Of a DNA stretch of 64,000 nt, positions 11,412-22,287 are shown piece after piece. This DNA comes from a bacterium (GTDB taxonomy: Bacteria; UBA8248; JACPRG01; G963555815): the NCBI GenBank assembly GCA_965261595.1, contig CBDHDG010000007.1, positions 960,001-1,024,000 on the forward strand, read 5' to 3'. Each line of letters opens with the position of its first letter. Position 1 is the stretch's first letter. Position numbers and translations under genes: made by a program. The notes beneath the pieces were generated by a model. That model made no database searches and was not told where the DNA came from. It saw nothing but the letters and a program-made list of their open reading frames with translations.

Positions 11412-11449
11412 CCTCGCCCAAAGCTGAGCCCATCCCGCCCGGCAAGCGT

Positions 11450-13534
11450 TTATTCTTCCAAGAGCCTCTCGAATTGTTCCAAATCATGGGTCGGCGCCCG
11501 GCACGTATAGTTCTCGCACACATAGACCGTCGTTCTTCCATTCAATCGGGTCTTTCCAGCCAGTAGAGGGACTTCCTTTCCTACGGCTTCCGCGCTCTCA
11601 TCCGGGTCCAGCAGCGCCAACACCCGATTCGGCAGATACCGCCGGTGAACCTGGCGCAGAAGGCCGCGGGTCTCCTCCGCGCCGGGCGGGCCCACGACAG
11701 CCACTTCCTTGGGCGTATCCAGGTGGAAATCCAACGCGGCGAGAAACCGCGCCAAGCCCGACGGAGCCTTTTCCATCACGGCCCCGAAGGCGCGGAGCAG
11801 CTCGACGCCTTTCTGCCGGAACGCCTCCTCTCCCGTCAATACGCCGAGGCGCAGCAGCGCGCCCGCCGCCACGGCGTTGCCGGAGGGAATGGCCCCGTCG
11901 ATCCCGCTCCGCGAACGGGTGAGGAGGGGTTCATGGTTTTTGCCGGTGAAATAGAACCCGCCCTCGCGCCCATCCCAGAAATACTCGATGAGGACAAGCA
12001 TCAGCCGTTTGGCTTCGCGAAGCCAGCGGAGCTCGAACGTGGTTTCGTACAGATCCAGGAGGCCCGACGCGAGGAAGGCGTAGTCGTCGAGATAGGCGTT
12101 CAGCTTGCTGCGGCCGCCCCGGTGGGTCCGCAGGAGCAGATCGCCCTCGGTCATTTCGGAAAGCACGAAGTCCGCGGCCCGCCCGGCGGCCTCGGCATAG
12201 CGGGCGTCATCGAGCACCTGCGCCCCCTTGGCCATGGCCGATATCATCAGGCCGTTCCAACTGGTCAGAATTTTGTCGTCGAGGGCGGGCTTGATCCGCC
12301 GCTCCCGGACCTCGAAGAGCTCCTTCTTGGCCTCGGCGAGCATGGCTTCCGCCTCCCCGGCGCCCAGGCCCAGCTCCCGGGCGACTTCGTCCAGGGGCCG
12401 ATCCACGTGGAGGGCGCTCTGTCCATGCTCGAAGTTGCCGGCATCGGTGACGTCGTAATACCGGCAAAAGAGCTCGGCCGGGCCTTCTTCCAGGTGGTCC
12501 CGGATTTCTTCCGGACGCCAGACGAAAAACTTGCCTTCCACCCCCTCGCTGTCCGCATCCTGCGTGGAGAAGAAAGGCCCTCGGGCGTCCCGCATCTCGC
12601 GGAGAACGTAGTCCAGCGTCTCGCGGGCCACCCGGGCGTAGAATTCGTTCCCGGTGACCTGATAGGCCTCCAGGTATACGGGGGCCAGGAGGGCGTTGTC
12701 GTAGAGCATCTTCTCGAAATGAGGGATCAGCCATCGGTCGTCCGTGGAATAGCGATGGAACCCCCCGCCCAACTGGTCATACATGCCGCCCTTGGCCATG
12801 TGATTCAGCGTCTTCTCGACCATCCGCAGGAGGTCCTCCCCGCCCTCCCCCTCCCCCCCCCGCTTTCGCCAGACCCGCAGAAGGAGTGACAGGCTGCCGC
12901 TGGGGGGGAACTTCGGGGCGCCGCCGAATCCCCCGCACCGCTCATCGAAGCGGTCTTCCAGCTCCCGGACGGCCTGGAGGAGCAGGCCTTCGGTCAACAG
13001 GTCGCCGGAGGGATGCACCCGGCCCATTTGTTGGAGGTTTTGGGTGATCTGCTCGCCGCTCTCGCGGATCTGGTCTTTGCGGTTGCGGTAGGCCTCCGCG
13101 AGTGTCAGCAGGATGCCCTTGAATCCCGGCCGGCCGTAGCGGTCGTCGGGAGGGAAATACGTCCCGCCGTAAAAAGGCCGCAGGTCCGGGGAGAGAAACA
13201 CCGTCATGGGCCATCCCCCGGAGCCGGTCATCATCTGGACGGCGTGCATGTAGATGTCGTCCAGGTCCGGACGCTCTTCGCGATCCACCTTGATGTTGAC
13301 GAAGTGCTCGTTCATTACGGCCGCGATCTCTTCATTTTCAAAGGATTCGCGCTCCATGACGTGGCACCAGTGGCACGCCGAGTAGCCAATGCTGAGGAGG
13401 ATGGGTCTGTCCTCGCCGCGGGCGCGCTCCAGGGCCTCCTCCCCCCACGGATGCCAATCCACCGGGTTGTGGGCATGCTGCAAGAGGTAAGGACTCGTTT
13501 CGTGGACAAGGCGATTCGTGTGTTTTTCCGTCAT
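11450..13534 (-). CDS. Thioredoxin-domain protein, YyaL/SSP411 (DUF255) family
   Basis: [49 protein letters not shown]. Confidence 0.95.
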   Translation of the reverse strand: MTEKHTNRLVHETSPYLLQHAHNPVDWHPWGEEALERARGEDRPILLSIGYSACHWCHVMERESFENEEIAAVMNEHFVNIKVDREERPDLDDIYMHAVQMMTGSGGWPMTVFLSPDLRPFYGGTYFPPDDRYGRPGFKGILLTLAEAYRNRKDQIRESGEQITQNLQQMGRVHPSGDLLTEGLLLQAVRELEDRFDERCGGFGGAPKFPPSGSLSLLLRVWRKRGGEGEGGEDLLRMVEKTLNHMAKGGMYDQLGGGFHRYSTDDRWLIPHFEKMLYDNALLAPVYLEAYQVTGNEFYARVARETLDYVLREMRDARGPFFSTQDADSEGVEGKFFVWRPEEIRDHLEEGPAELFCRYYDVTDAGNFEHGQSALHVDRPLDEVARELGLGAGEAEAMLAEAKKELFEVRERRIKPALDDKILTSWNGLMISAMAKGAQVLDDARYAEAAGRAADFVLSEMTEGDLLLRTHRGGRSKLNAYLDDYAFLASGLLDLYETTFELRWLREAKRLMLVLIEYFWDGREGGFYFTGKNHEPLLTRSRSGIDGAIPSGNAVAAGALLRLGVLTGEEAFRQKGVELLRAFGAVMEKAPSGLARFLAALDFHLDTPKEVAVVGPPGAEETRGLLRQVHRRYLPNRVLALLDPDESAEAVGKEVPLLAGKTRLNGRTTVYVCENYTCRAPTHDLEQFERLLEE

Positions 13535-13707
13535 GACAAACTCCGGCCGGAGGCGAATTGGGGATCTGGGATGTCGCGGAAGGGTTCGGCGGGATCGGCG
13601 ACCCCGGCCGTTGGCCTTCCGCTTCCATGTTATCGCGAAAAAGGGATTTGGCGAATCGTGTGGGTGAATCGGAAAGAATGAAATGATGGGATGGGGCTGT
13701 TTTGCGT

Positions 13708-14202
13708 CTAACCCGCGTCGGGCGGGTTTTCCTCGGCGCTCCCGCCCCCCTCCCCGCCGAAGGAGATTTCGTCGGAAAGCTCGTTCACATCGTCCGTCTG
13801 CCATGGGAAAAACTCGTCGAGCTTCTCGCCTACGCGGGCGATGCCTTCCACCAGTCCTCCGCTGAAATCCCCTTCCTGAAAGCGCGCGGCCATGAGGTCC
13901 TTGACATCCCCCCAGAAATCATCCGGGACCACCCGGTCAATCCCCTCGTCCCCCAGGATCGCGAACCGGTGGCTGGCCGTCGCCAGATAGATGAGGACGC
14001 CGTTGCGTTGTTCGGTCTTGTCCATTTCCAGCTTAGAGAACAGTTCCTTCGCGTGGTCCAGGGGCGCATCGGTCGGGCACTTTCCCTCGACGTGCAGCCG
14101 GATCTCGCCGGAGGTGCGGTTCTCCGCCTGGGCGATGGCCGCCAGGATTTTCTCCTGCTCTTCCGCCGTCAGGAATTTCTTGGGGTTGTTCGATCGAGCC
14201 AT
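13708..14202 (-). CDS. TPM-domain protein (DUF477-like)
   Basis: [31 protein letters not shown]. Lies in the lemA operon. Confidence 0.88.
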   Translation of the reverse strand: MARSNNPKKFLTAEEQEKILAAIAQAENRTSGEIRLHVEGKCPTDAPLDHAKELFSKLEMDKTEQRNGVLIYLATASHRFAILGDEGIDRVVPDDFWGDVKDLMAARFQEGDFSGGLVEGIARVGEKLDEFFPWQTDDVNELSDEISFGGEGGGSAEENPPDAG

Positions 14203-14271
14203 GTTCGCGATTGTCCTCTTTCCCGCGCGTCCGAAATCCACCAGCCGCCGCTGGTTACCAACCACCGTTGG

Positions 14272-15024
14272 CTACCAGCCGCCGCTGGCGCCGCCCCCGC
14301 CGAATCCGCCGCCGCCCCCTGAGAAGCCTCCGAATCCGCCCCCGCCTCCGCCGAATCCGCCCCGGCCCACCGACGAGCCCCGGGCGCCCATGCCCAGGAA
14401 AAGCGCCGAGCCAAGTCCCCAATACCCGAGCCTTCTTCGGCGAAAACCCCCGATGCCGCTCATCAATAGAAAGAGCAAGGCGACATAACCGAGCCCGCCG
14501 AGGGAGCCGCCTCGCCTTCTTCCGCGTCTTCGGGTCGGGGCGGCTTTGTATTCGCCCCGCGTGGCCGCGGCGATCCCACGGAGACCGGCGAGGACCCCTC
14601 CGTAAAAATCCCCCTTCCGAAACCGGGGGGCGATGTCGTTGCGAATGATGGTCCCGGCCAAGACGTCGGGCAGGGTGCCCTCGAGACCGTATCCGACCTC
14701 GATGCGAAGCTTCCTGTCGTTCTTGACGATGAGGAGGATGACGCCGTTGTCCTTCCCCTTTTGGCCCGGTTTCCACTTTTCGGCCAGACGGACGGAGAAG
14801 TCTTCGAGGCTCTCCTCCTCAAGGGTCGGGATGATCAGGACGACGATCTGGTTCGAGGTCTTCCGCTCGAACTCGGCCAGCCCGCGCTCCAGGCTGGAAA
14901 GCTGCTCGGCCGTCAGGGTCCCCGTCTTGTCCGTGACGCGCGTCTTGGGCGGCGGGGGGACTTCCAACGCCAATACGGGCGCGGCGAACGCGAGGACCAG
15001 GGCGAGCGCCAAGAGGCGCCGCAT
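14272..15024 (-). CDS. TPM-domain protein (YgcG-like) with Gly-rich tail
   Basis: KGKDNGVILLIVKNDRKLRIEVGYGLEG and GGGFGGGGASGGW end. Confidence 0.92.
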   Translation of the reverse strand: MRRLLALALVLAFAAPVLALEVPPPPKTRVTDKTGTLTAEQLSSLERGLAEFERKTSNQIVVLIIPTLEEESLEDFSVRLAEKWKPGQKGKDNGVILLIVKNDRKLRIEVGYGLEGTLPDVLAGTIIRNDIAPRFRKGDFYGGVLAGLRGIAAATRGEYKAAPTRRRGRRRGGSLGGLGYVALLFLLMSGIGGFRRRRLGYWGLGSALFLGMGARGSSVGRGGFGGGGGGFGGFSGGGGGFGGGGASGGW

Positions 15025-15083
15025 CCGGAATCGAACGTGCGAAAGGACCGGTCCGGGCGGGATGGGAAGAGGTCTCTGCCGGA

Positions 15084-15653
15084 TCAAAACTTGACCTTCG
15101 GGGCCTTCTTGGCGGTGGCCTCGGCTTCGAAAAGCTGCATCCGCTTGAAGTTGAAAAACCCGGCGATGATGTTCGAGGGAAAACGGCGGACGGTCGTGTT
15201 GTACCCCTGGACGGCCAGGTTGTACCGGCGGCGCTCGACGCTCACGCGGTTCTCCGTCCCCTCGAGCTGCGACTGAAGGGCCAGGAAGTTCTGGTTGGAC
15301 CGAAGCTGCGGATACCGCTCGATGACCACCATCAGCCGACCCAGGGCGGAGTCGAGACCCCGTGCGGCCTGGATGCGCTGGCCGATGTTTCCGCTCGCGC
15401 GGGCCTTGCCCCACTGGCTGCGCAGGCGCGTCACCTCGGTCAGGACCTCGCGCTCCTGCTTCGCGAAGCCCTTCACGGTCGCGACAAGGTTGGGAATGAG
15501 GTCCGCGCGCCGCTGGTACTGGTTTTCCACCTGCGCCCATGCCGCCCGGGCGCCTTCCTGAAGGCCGACCAGGCTGTTGTACCGCCCGCTGAAGGTCATG
15601 AAGACGATCAGGAGGATCGCGCCGATAATGATAAGAGGCATCCAACGCTTCAC
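15084..15653 (-). CDS. lemA: LemA family protein
   Basis: WAQVENQYQRRADLIPNLV, ERYPQL, LEGTENR. Confidence 0.95.
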   Translation of the reverse strand: MKRWMPLIIIGAILLIVFMTFSGRYNSLVGLQEGARAAWAQVENQYQRRADLIPNLVATVKGFAKQEREVLTEVTRLRSQWGKARASGNIGQRIQAARGLDSALGRLMVVIERYPQLRSNQNFLALQSQLEGTENRVSVERRRYNLAVQGYNTTVRRFPSNIIAGFFNFKRMQLFEAEATAKKAPKVKF

Positions 15654-15780
15654 GAAACGCTCCTTGAAGGATGATTGATGTGGATCGCCGAACAGGGCCC
15701 TCTGACCGGCCCGTTTATTCCAGTATCAGTATACTCCGCCCCGCCCCGGCCGCAAGGCGGGCGCTTACGTGCCGGCCAAG

Positions 15781-15923
15781 GGGGCTTGCGCGCCGGCCAA
15801 GCTGCGGGTGAAGCTTGTTGCGCTCATCACAACGTCTTGGCGCACGGAGGGGCGCTTGCACGCCGGCCAGGCTGCGGTTGAAGGGCCTTGCGCTGACCAC
15901 CAACGTCTTTGGCGCACGGGGGA
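15781..15923. repeat. Two degenerate tandem ~70-bp intergenic units
   Basis: GCTTGCRCGCCGGCCARGCTGCGG.TGAAG...TTGCGCT...CAACGTCTT(T)GGCGCACGG occurs twice, with a partial unit upstream. Confidence 0.65.
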
Positions 15924-16056
15924 CCGATTATCCCGCATTGTGCCCCTATTCTTGTCCTTCTCCAATCTGTGTAATCTGTGATATCTGATTTACCGCTCCA
16001 GGGAACTCAACGCGGGAAGCTTGTATCGGGGGCTGCCCGTCCGTCCCCATCCCCTC

Positions 16057-17105
16057 TCAAGCCTCAACCCCCAACTCCCCCAGCGCCCTTCGGTACGCCA
16101 GGGCCATGGCGTCGGGGCCTTTGAGGTGGAGCTCTTCGGCCAGGTCCAGGGGAAGCTCCTCGGGCCGCTGCCGTTCCACGATCACCCGGTCCTGCTCGCC
16201 GATCTGGTTGTGCGTGGCGACGTACTTGGGGAGTTTGCCCCGGAAGCCGCGGACCTGCGATGTGACCGCATCGCCCCGCATGGTGTAGGGGGCGTGCTTG
16301 TATTCCGGGGCGTCCAGGTTGAAGTTGCGCGTCATCAGCATGAACCGCGTGGTCTCCGAGGTGGAGTGGGGGAGACAGGTGAAGATGTATGTCTCCGTCT
16401 TGCCGTCGGCCTCTTCCTTCCTCTGGTGGATGAAGAAGGGCCGGGTGATCCGGTAGTTGCGCTTGTGGGAGACCGGATGCACCGCGTCGGCGGGGTTGTC
16501 GACCACGAACCGGATCAGATCGCCCTCCCGGTGCACGTTGACTTCCGGGGCCAGGGGATGATCCCGGTCGCCCAGGATCCCTTCGTGAATCCAGGGGAAG
16601 TGGGCCAGGTCGAAGAAGTTTTCGATGGCCCGGGCGGCGGAGCAATCCCAGGTCTTCTTCTGCCGGAACATTACCCGGTAGGCCGGGTCCTCAAACTCGG
16701 GGACGTCGGGGATGGGGATCCGGGGCTCATCGGCCAGGCAGACCCAGAGGAGGCCGTACCGCTCGGCGGCGTGATAGGACGTGAGGCAGGCCTTCTTGGG
16801 GATGGGATGCTTGGGCGGCACGGAAGGAATCCGGACGCACCGGCCATCCTCCCGGTAGGCCCAGCCGTGATAGGCGCAGACCAGGGTGTCGTCTTCGACC
16901 CATCCCAGGGAGATGGGCGTCCCCCGGTGGACGCAAAGGTCCCGGAAGGCCCTGACCTGTCCGCCGATCCGGCACACGGCCACGCGCTCGTCCAGCAGGG
17001 TGACGGCCAGGGGGCCGCCGTCCGCGTCTTCGGCGAAGGCCACCGGGTGCCAGTATTCCTCAGTTTCGGCCAGAGGAGACCTTCGCGCATGCCCCTTTTC
17101 GCCAT
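16057..17105 (-). CDS. Rieske non-haem iron oxygenase alpha subunit (VanA-like), 1-nt frameshift near 17055
   Basis: CVHRG...CAYHG Rieske motif and ENFFDLAHFPWIH Fe site. N-terminal MAKRG...LR joins YWHPVA if one base is added. Confidence 0.88.
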
Positions 17106-17118
17106 TCCGTTCTCTCCC

Positions 17119-17724
17119 TCAGTTGTGGGCGCTCGGCCCCATGATCGAGACCCCTTCGGTCTCCTCGATGCGGCGGACGAAGGTGTACTTGTGCTCCCGG
17201 CCGTCCGCGTGCTTGCGCTTCACGCCGGCCTGGGCCACGGCCTCGATCTTGGCGACGATGAAGTGGGGGCCGTCGGTCCGGAGGGCCTCCTCGCACGCCC
17301 GGCCGAAGTCTTCCAGGTTATCCACCGTGCGCGCCTTCTCGATTCCGCAGGCGCGCGCGATGCCTTCCAGGTCGGTCCGACCGGCCGTGTGGGTCGGGGG
17401 GCCGCCGATCGAGAGATAGCTCTCGTTGTCCCAGACGATGACCGCCAGGTTCCCGGGCCGCTCGTTCCCTAGCGTCGCGATGATCCCCAGGTTCAGCAGA
17501 AGCCCGCCGTCGGTGTCGAGGGCGATGACCCGCCGGTGAGGCAGTCCCATCGACAGGCCGAAGGCCACGGGGGAGACCGTTCCCAGGTGCTGGTGATAGA
17601 GGCTCTGCTCCCGCAGGTGTGGCGCGGCGTCGTACCATTCATCCACCGCCCCGCCCAGGGAAAGGACCATCAGCTCCTCTTTGATCTTGGGGGCCAGGGT
17701 TTGCATGCATTCGTATCGTTTCAT
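17119..17724 (-). CDS. ThDP-dependent decarboxylase beta subunit (ComE/phosphonopyruvate decarboxylase-like)
   Basis: ALDTDGGLLLNLG...VWDN ThDP-binding motif. Confidence 0.85.
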   Translation of the reverse strand: MKRYECMQTLAPKIKEELMVLSLGGAVDEWYDAAPHLREQSLYHQHLGTVSPVAFGLSMGLPHRRVIALDTDGGLLLNLGIIATLGNERPGNLAVIVWDNESYLSIGGPPTHTAGRTDLEGIARACGIEKARTVDNLEDFGRACEEALRTDGPHFIVAKIEAVAQAGVKRKHADGREHKYTFVRRIEETEGVSIMGPSAHN

Positions 17725-18221
17725 CGAACGGTCCCCCCCGCAAGGATGACGGCGGTGTGGTAGTAGGAGGCATAGGCGTGGTGGAAGGCGTTCACGATGG
17801 CCTCCCGGATCTCCTCGTCCTTCCGGGCGATCTGATAGGGGATCCGCAGGGCCTGGAGGATGGGCTCCATCGTCGTTCCGTGAGGGACCCCCCACCAGTT
17901 TTGCTCCCCGAATTCGCCCCGGTAGCTCATGATCATGACCACCGGGATGCCGTGCCCCAGCCCCATCCGCGCCAGGGGCTCGGACGCGACGCGGAGGCCG
18001 GAGTTCTCCATGATCATCACCGCCCGCTTACCGGACGCCCAGACGCCTCCGCAGATGGCCGCGCCTTCGCCCTCGTTCGTGACGCACACCGACCGAAGGT
18101 CCGGGTCCGCCACGATCTCCTCGTAAAGCTCTTTCAGATGTGAATCCGGCAGATAACAGACAATGCTCACCCCGGCTTCCTTGAGCCCTTCCATGGCGAG
18201 CTGAACAGCTTCCGCGCGCAT
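17721..18221 (-). CDS. ThDP-dependent decarboxylase alpha subunit (ComD-like)
   Basis: YLPDS, NEGEGAAICGG, MENSG, SYRG. Overlaps the beta subunit by 4 nt. Confidence 0.85.
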   Translation of the reverse strand: MRAEAVQLAMEGLKEAGVSIVCYLPDSHLKELYEEIVADPDLRSVCVTNEGEGAAICGGVWASGKRAVMIMENSGLRVASEPLARMGLGHGIPVVMIMSYRGEFGEQNWWGVPHGTTMEPILQALRIPYQIARKDEEIREAIVNAFHHAYASYYHTAVILAGGTVR

Positions 18222-18251
18222 GACGTGTCTCCCTTGATCGGATCGTAATCG

Positions 18252-18400
18252 TGTAGTGTCTCGTAATTGGTTTTACATATCGAGACTCGAATGGTCGCTT
18301 TCCCGCCGGGCAAGGGGTCAACCGACCCAAACGCCCGGCCTACCGAACGATGGAAAGCCGGTGTTTTCAATGCAGGTAGGGCGGGCATCAGGCCCGCCTT
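18252..18400. repeat. ~150-bp dispersed intergenic repeat, copy 1 (MITE/REP-like)
   Basis: Aligns along its length with 24370-24517 and ends in the palindrome GTAGGGCGGGCATCAGGCCCGCC. Confidence 0.85.
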
Positions 18401-18474
18401 CTCTGCTGGGAATTGAGCGGAGGCGGAAACGGGACGCCCGTGCGGAAGCGCCGAAAATCACGGCGCCCGTCCGC

Positions 18475-19866
18475 TCAAAGGGCGGAGCCCGTCAACCACG
18501 CCGGGATGGCCGAGACATCGTCCAGCTCCTCCAGCGCCGTGGCCGCTTCTTTGAACTTTAGAAGGTTTTCCTCGGGGATCGGTTTCACCGAACGCCCTGC
18601 GCACGCCTTCACCTTTTCGAACACTTCATCGAGCTTGACGGGATTCGCCGGATGGCCCCTGGGGTATTCCGCCGTGTTGTGGAAGGATTCCCCGTCGGTC
18701 GTCACGATCTCGACCGGGGTCGGCGGGATCACCCGGGCCAAGTGGCCCAGCCGGTCGTCCACCTCGGGGATCACCCTTTGGGCGAGAGCCAGGATGTCCG
18801 GGTCCGCCAACGCCTCGTCGGAAAATTCATCGAGGAAAAGCCGTTTGCGGACCGCCGCGGCGGCCAGGCAATAATAGAGGCTGAAGGCCGCGTGCGGGGC
18901 GGTCCGGGGCTGGACCCGATCCGCTTTGGGCTCGCACGTCATGTTGTACCCGTTCCGGCTGACCGTGACCCGGATCTCCCGGATTCGATCGGGGGGCAGG
19001 TCCTCGTTGGTCACCAGCGCCAACACGCTGTCCACCGCCCCGTGGAAGTGCCGGCCGCAGGGGTAGAGTTTGATGCTGACGTTGGAAACCTCGAACCGCT
19101 CTCCCAGGTGGTCGGTGACGGGCGCCGGGTTCCAGTTGTCCATGAAATAGGTTGAGTAAAGACCGAACCGGCCTTCGAGGAAATTGTGGATGCCGTCCAG
19201 ACCGGCCCGGGCGAGGAACGCCGCGCGCACCCCCGCCTCGGCCGCCATCCCGTGCTGCACCCTCAGGTTCAGCGCCCCGTCGAGCTGGCTCTGAAGCGAG
19301 CCCGCCGCCTGGCTGTAGGCGATTCCCAGCGCGCTCCGCATCCGAGCCGCGTCGAGCCCGAGGAGCTTTCCCGTGACCGCCGCGGCGGAGAAGGGGGCGA
19401 AGGTGGCGGCCCCCCAGGCGATGTCGCCCACGCGGATCCCGCAGGCCATCCGCAGCCGGGCCACGAGGTCCACGCCCAGGGCGACGGCGGTAATCAGCTC
19501 TTTTCCGGAAACGCCCCCCAGCTCTTCGGCGACGGCGAAGGCCGCCGGCGCGGCCGCGAGGCCGGAATGATCACCCGTCGCGTCGTGGGAGTCGTCGATC
19601 TCCAGGGCGCGGGCCATCGAGGCGTTGGCCCACGCGGCCATGGGCGCCGGGATGACCTCACCGGACGCCAGAACGGTCGATTTCCCGGGCGGCGACCAGG
19701 ACAGGATTTGCTCGATCAGCGCCCGCGAGCCGGCCGCCCCGCTCCCCGCCACAGCCACGCCCAGGGTGTCGAGGACCATCCGCTTTGTCGCCTCGACTGC
19801 CCGCGTTGGGAGGTCGTCGAACTGCACGCCGACGAGGTGATCGACGAGGTGTTCCGTGAGGTCCAA
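18475..19866 (-). CDS. MmgE/PrpD family protein
   Basis: LDTLGVAVAG, ALEIDDSH, KLYPCGRHFH, PRGHPANP. Start is probably TTG at 19866. Confidence 0.92.
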   Translation of the reverse strand: MDLTEHLVDHLVGVQFDDLPTRAVEATKRMVLDTLGVAVAGSGAAGSRALIEQILSWSPPGKSTVLASGEVIPAPMAAWANASMARALEIDDSHDATGDHSGLAAAPAAFAVAEELGGVSGKELITAVALGVDLVARLRMACGIRVGDIAWGAATFAPFSAAAVTGKLLGLDAARMRSALGIAYSQAAGSLQSQLDGALNLRVQHGMAAEAGVRAAFLARAGLDGIHNFLEGRFGLYSTYFMDNWNPAPVTDHLGERFEVSNVSIKLYPCGRHFHGAVDSVLALVTNEDLPPDRIREIRVTVSRNGYNMTCEPKADRVQPRTAPHAAFSLYYCLAAAAVRKRLFLDEFSDEALADPDILALAQRVIPEVDDRLGHLARVIPPTPVEIVTTDGESFHNTAEYPRGHPANPVKLDEVFEKVKACAGRSVKPIPEENLLKFKEAATALEELDDVSAIPAWLTGSAL

Positions 19867-20000
19867 GGCGCCCCCCCCGTCGCTCCCGCGAGCGGCCGGA
19901 CAACCCGCTCCGGTCGGATGTTGAAGGAATTCCGGCATTCTTTCTGGAAACGCTTCAGACGATAAGCCAGGAGGCCTTCTCCGGTCAATCCCGGGCGCCT

Positions 20001-20309
20001 TCAGTGATCCCCAGCTTTCATCAGCCGTGCGGCACCAGGGATCGTGAGAGCAGGCGCTGTCAAACGTGCACACGGAGCCGTCATTCCCGCGTAGGCGGGA
20101 ATCCAGCGTTCTGCGCTGCGGGTCGATCTTCCTGCCCCCGTGATCATTGCGTTGAGAAGTATACGAGAGGGAGAAGGGCCTTCGGCGCAGCCGGAGGTCG
20201 GGTCATTGGGACCAATCTGAAGCACTTCTGGATTCCCGCCTGCGCGGGAATGACGATCGGGGACCGTTGCGGAATGACGGCGGGCTATCAGGATTCAGGG
20301 GATCACTGA
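20001..20309. mobile_element. Nested inverted-repeat element (MITE/REPIN-like)
   Basis: 12-bp terminal IR TCAGTGATCCCC/GGGGATCACTGA enclosing a 28-bp IR pair, CGTCATTCCCGCGTAGGCGGGAATCCAG (20079-20106) and its complement (20228-20255). Confidence 0.7.
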
Positions 20310-20501
20310 GCGGGGGCCGTCCGCCGGGGTTCCGATGACCCTTTGAATTCCGGATGGCTTTCTCATACGATGTCGGAATTGAGAAGCGTCAACATGCGCC
20401 TGGACCGGGCCCGGTCCATCGTCCCGGCGTCAGGCGACGCATCGGCGCACCCCATTCGGGTGACCACCCCACCGGGTGGATCACCCAAACGGAGATTTTT
20501 C

Positions 20502-21596
20502 ATGACCATCAAAGCGCGGGGCGTGGTGTCCAGGAAGGGTGGCGAGCGGACGGAGGTCGAGGACTTCGTGATCGACCCCCCGGGTCCGGGGGAGGTTTTG
20601 GTCCGGATCCAGGCCAGCGGCGTCTGCCACACCGATCTGCACTACAAGCTCGGGGCCATCTCGGACGAGTTCCCTTTTCTTCTCGGCCATGAAGGGGCCG
20701 GGATCGTCGAGGAAGTCGGCGAAGGCGTCGCCGAGCCCGCCGTGGGGGACTACGTGGTTCTGGCCTGGCGGGCGCCGTGCGGGAAGTGCCGGTTTTGCCT
20801 GATCGGCCAGCCGCACATTTGCGCCGCCAGCCTGAACGCCGAGCGGCGGATGAAGGGTTCCGGCGGCGAAGTCCTGTCCCCGGCCCTCGGCATCGGGACC
20901 TTCTGCACGCACACGGTCGTGGCGGCGGCCCAGGCCGTTGTCGTTCCGAAGGAATGCCCGCCCGCCCAGGCCTGCCTCCTCGGCTGCGGGGTGATGACGG
21001 GCGTGGGCGCGGCGCTATACACCGCCCAGGTCCGGCGGGGGAGCACGGTCGCCGTCTACGGGTGCGGCGGGGTGGGGTGCAGCGTCATCATGGGGGCGAA
21101 GAGCGCCCGGGCCCGGCGGATCATCGGCGTGGACATCGCCGAGAACAAGCTCGACTGGGCGAAGGGGTTCGGCGCCACCGATGTGGTGAACAGCGCGAAG
21201 GTCGATCCGGTCGAGGCCATCAAAGAGCTCACGGACGGCAACGGCGTGGACTACGCCTTCGAGGCCGTCGGCAAGCCGGAGACGCTCCTTCAGGCGCTTT
21301 GGTCCCGGGACCTGGCGGGGACGTGCACGCTCATCGGCGTTCCGGACCCGAAGATGAAGATGGAGCTGCCGATGCTCCAGTTTTTCGGTCTGGGCGGGGG
21401 CTTGCGGGTGAGCTGGTACGGCGACTGCCTGCCCTCGCGCGATTTTCCCATGCTGGCGGACTGGTATCGGAAGGGCGAGCTGGACCTGGACCGGGCGGTG
21501 ACGGAAGAGATCGGCCTCGATGACGTAGAGCCGGCGTTCGAGGCCATGAAGCGCGGCGAGACGCTGCGCTCGGTGATCATCATCCCGGACCCGTGA
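20502..21596 (+). CDS. Zn-dependent dehydrogenase, S-(hydroxymethyl)mycothiol dehydrogenase (MscR)-like
   Basis: GVCHTDLHY...DEFPFLLGHEG, GCGGVG, SWYGDCLPSRDFP. Confidence 0.85.
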   Translation: MTIKARGVVSRKGGERTEVEDFVIDPPGPGEVLVRIQASGVCHTDLHYKLGAISDEFPFLLGHEGAGIVEEVGEGVAEPAVGDYVVLAWRAPCGKCRFCLIGQPHICAASLNAERRMKGSGGEVLSPALGIGTFCTHTVVAAAQAVVVPKECPPAQACLLGCGVMTGVGAALYTAQVRRGSTVAVYGCGGVGCSVIMGAKSARARRIIGVDIAENKLDWAKGFGATDVVNSAKVDPVEAIKELTDGNGVDYAFEAVGKPETLLQALWSRDLAGTCTLIGVPDPKMKMELPMLQFFGLGGGLRVSWYGDCLPSRDFPMLADWYRKGELDLDRAVTEEIGLDDVEPAFEAMKRGETLRSVIIIPDP

Positions 21597-21669
21597 TCCG
21601 TGTTTCTCACCACTCTTTCGCCCGGCGCTTGTTTGCGGAGCTTCGCGCGTGAATCTGAAGGGATAGCGA

Positions 21670-22164
21670 GTGCGTGTCTGGGTCGATGCCGATGCCTGCC
21701 CTTATCCGATCAAGCAAATCCTGTTTCGATTGGCCGACAGGCTTGGCGTCGAGGTGGCGCTGGTGGCGAACCAGCCGCTGAGCGTTCCGCGCTCTCCCTA
21801 TGTGCGGACCATTCAGGCCCCGCCCGGTTTCGACGAGGCAGACAACAAGATCATTGAATTCGCGGAAGCGGACGACCTGGTGATTACGGCCGATATTCCC
21901 CTCGCGGCCGCCGTCGTGGAAAAAGGCGCGTTCGCGCTCGACCCGCGCGGTGAATTGTTCAGCGACGAAAATATCAGTGAGCGCCTGGCGGTGAGAAATC
22001 TGTTGAACAACATCCGCGGCACAGGCGTTGACCTGGGCGGGCCGCCGCCTTTCGACAATCGGGATATCCAGCGGTTCGCGAACGGGCTGGACCGGTTCGT
22101 GAGTCGGCATCATCGCCGGGAAGGGCCGAGTCGCGATTCCGGGACCCCCCCGCTTGATTCCTGA
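21670..22164 (+). CDS. YaiI/YqxD (UPF0178) family protein
   Basis: WVDADACP, DLVITADIPLA. Confidence 0.92.
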   Translation: MRVWVDADACPYPIKQILFRLADRLGVEVALVANQPLSVPRSPYVRTIQAPPGFDEADNKIIEFAEADDLVITADIPLAAAVVEKGAFALDPRGELFSDENISERLAVRNLLNNIRGTGVDLGGPPPFDNRDIQRFANGLDRFVSRHHRREGPSRDSGTPPLDS

Positions 22165-22287
22165 AGTCCCGCCGGGACACGCGCGGCGACGAACATTCCC
22201 GCCGTTCAGGCCGGAACGCCCGACAGGCGTCGCAATTTGTTATGGTCTGGTTTTGACCCGCGTCCGATACGACCGAGAGGGGGGCCG

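Noticed and set aside
20079..20255. CRISPR-like repeats
   Set aside because: The two copies are inverted rather than direct and match a REP-type palindrome.
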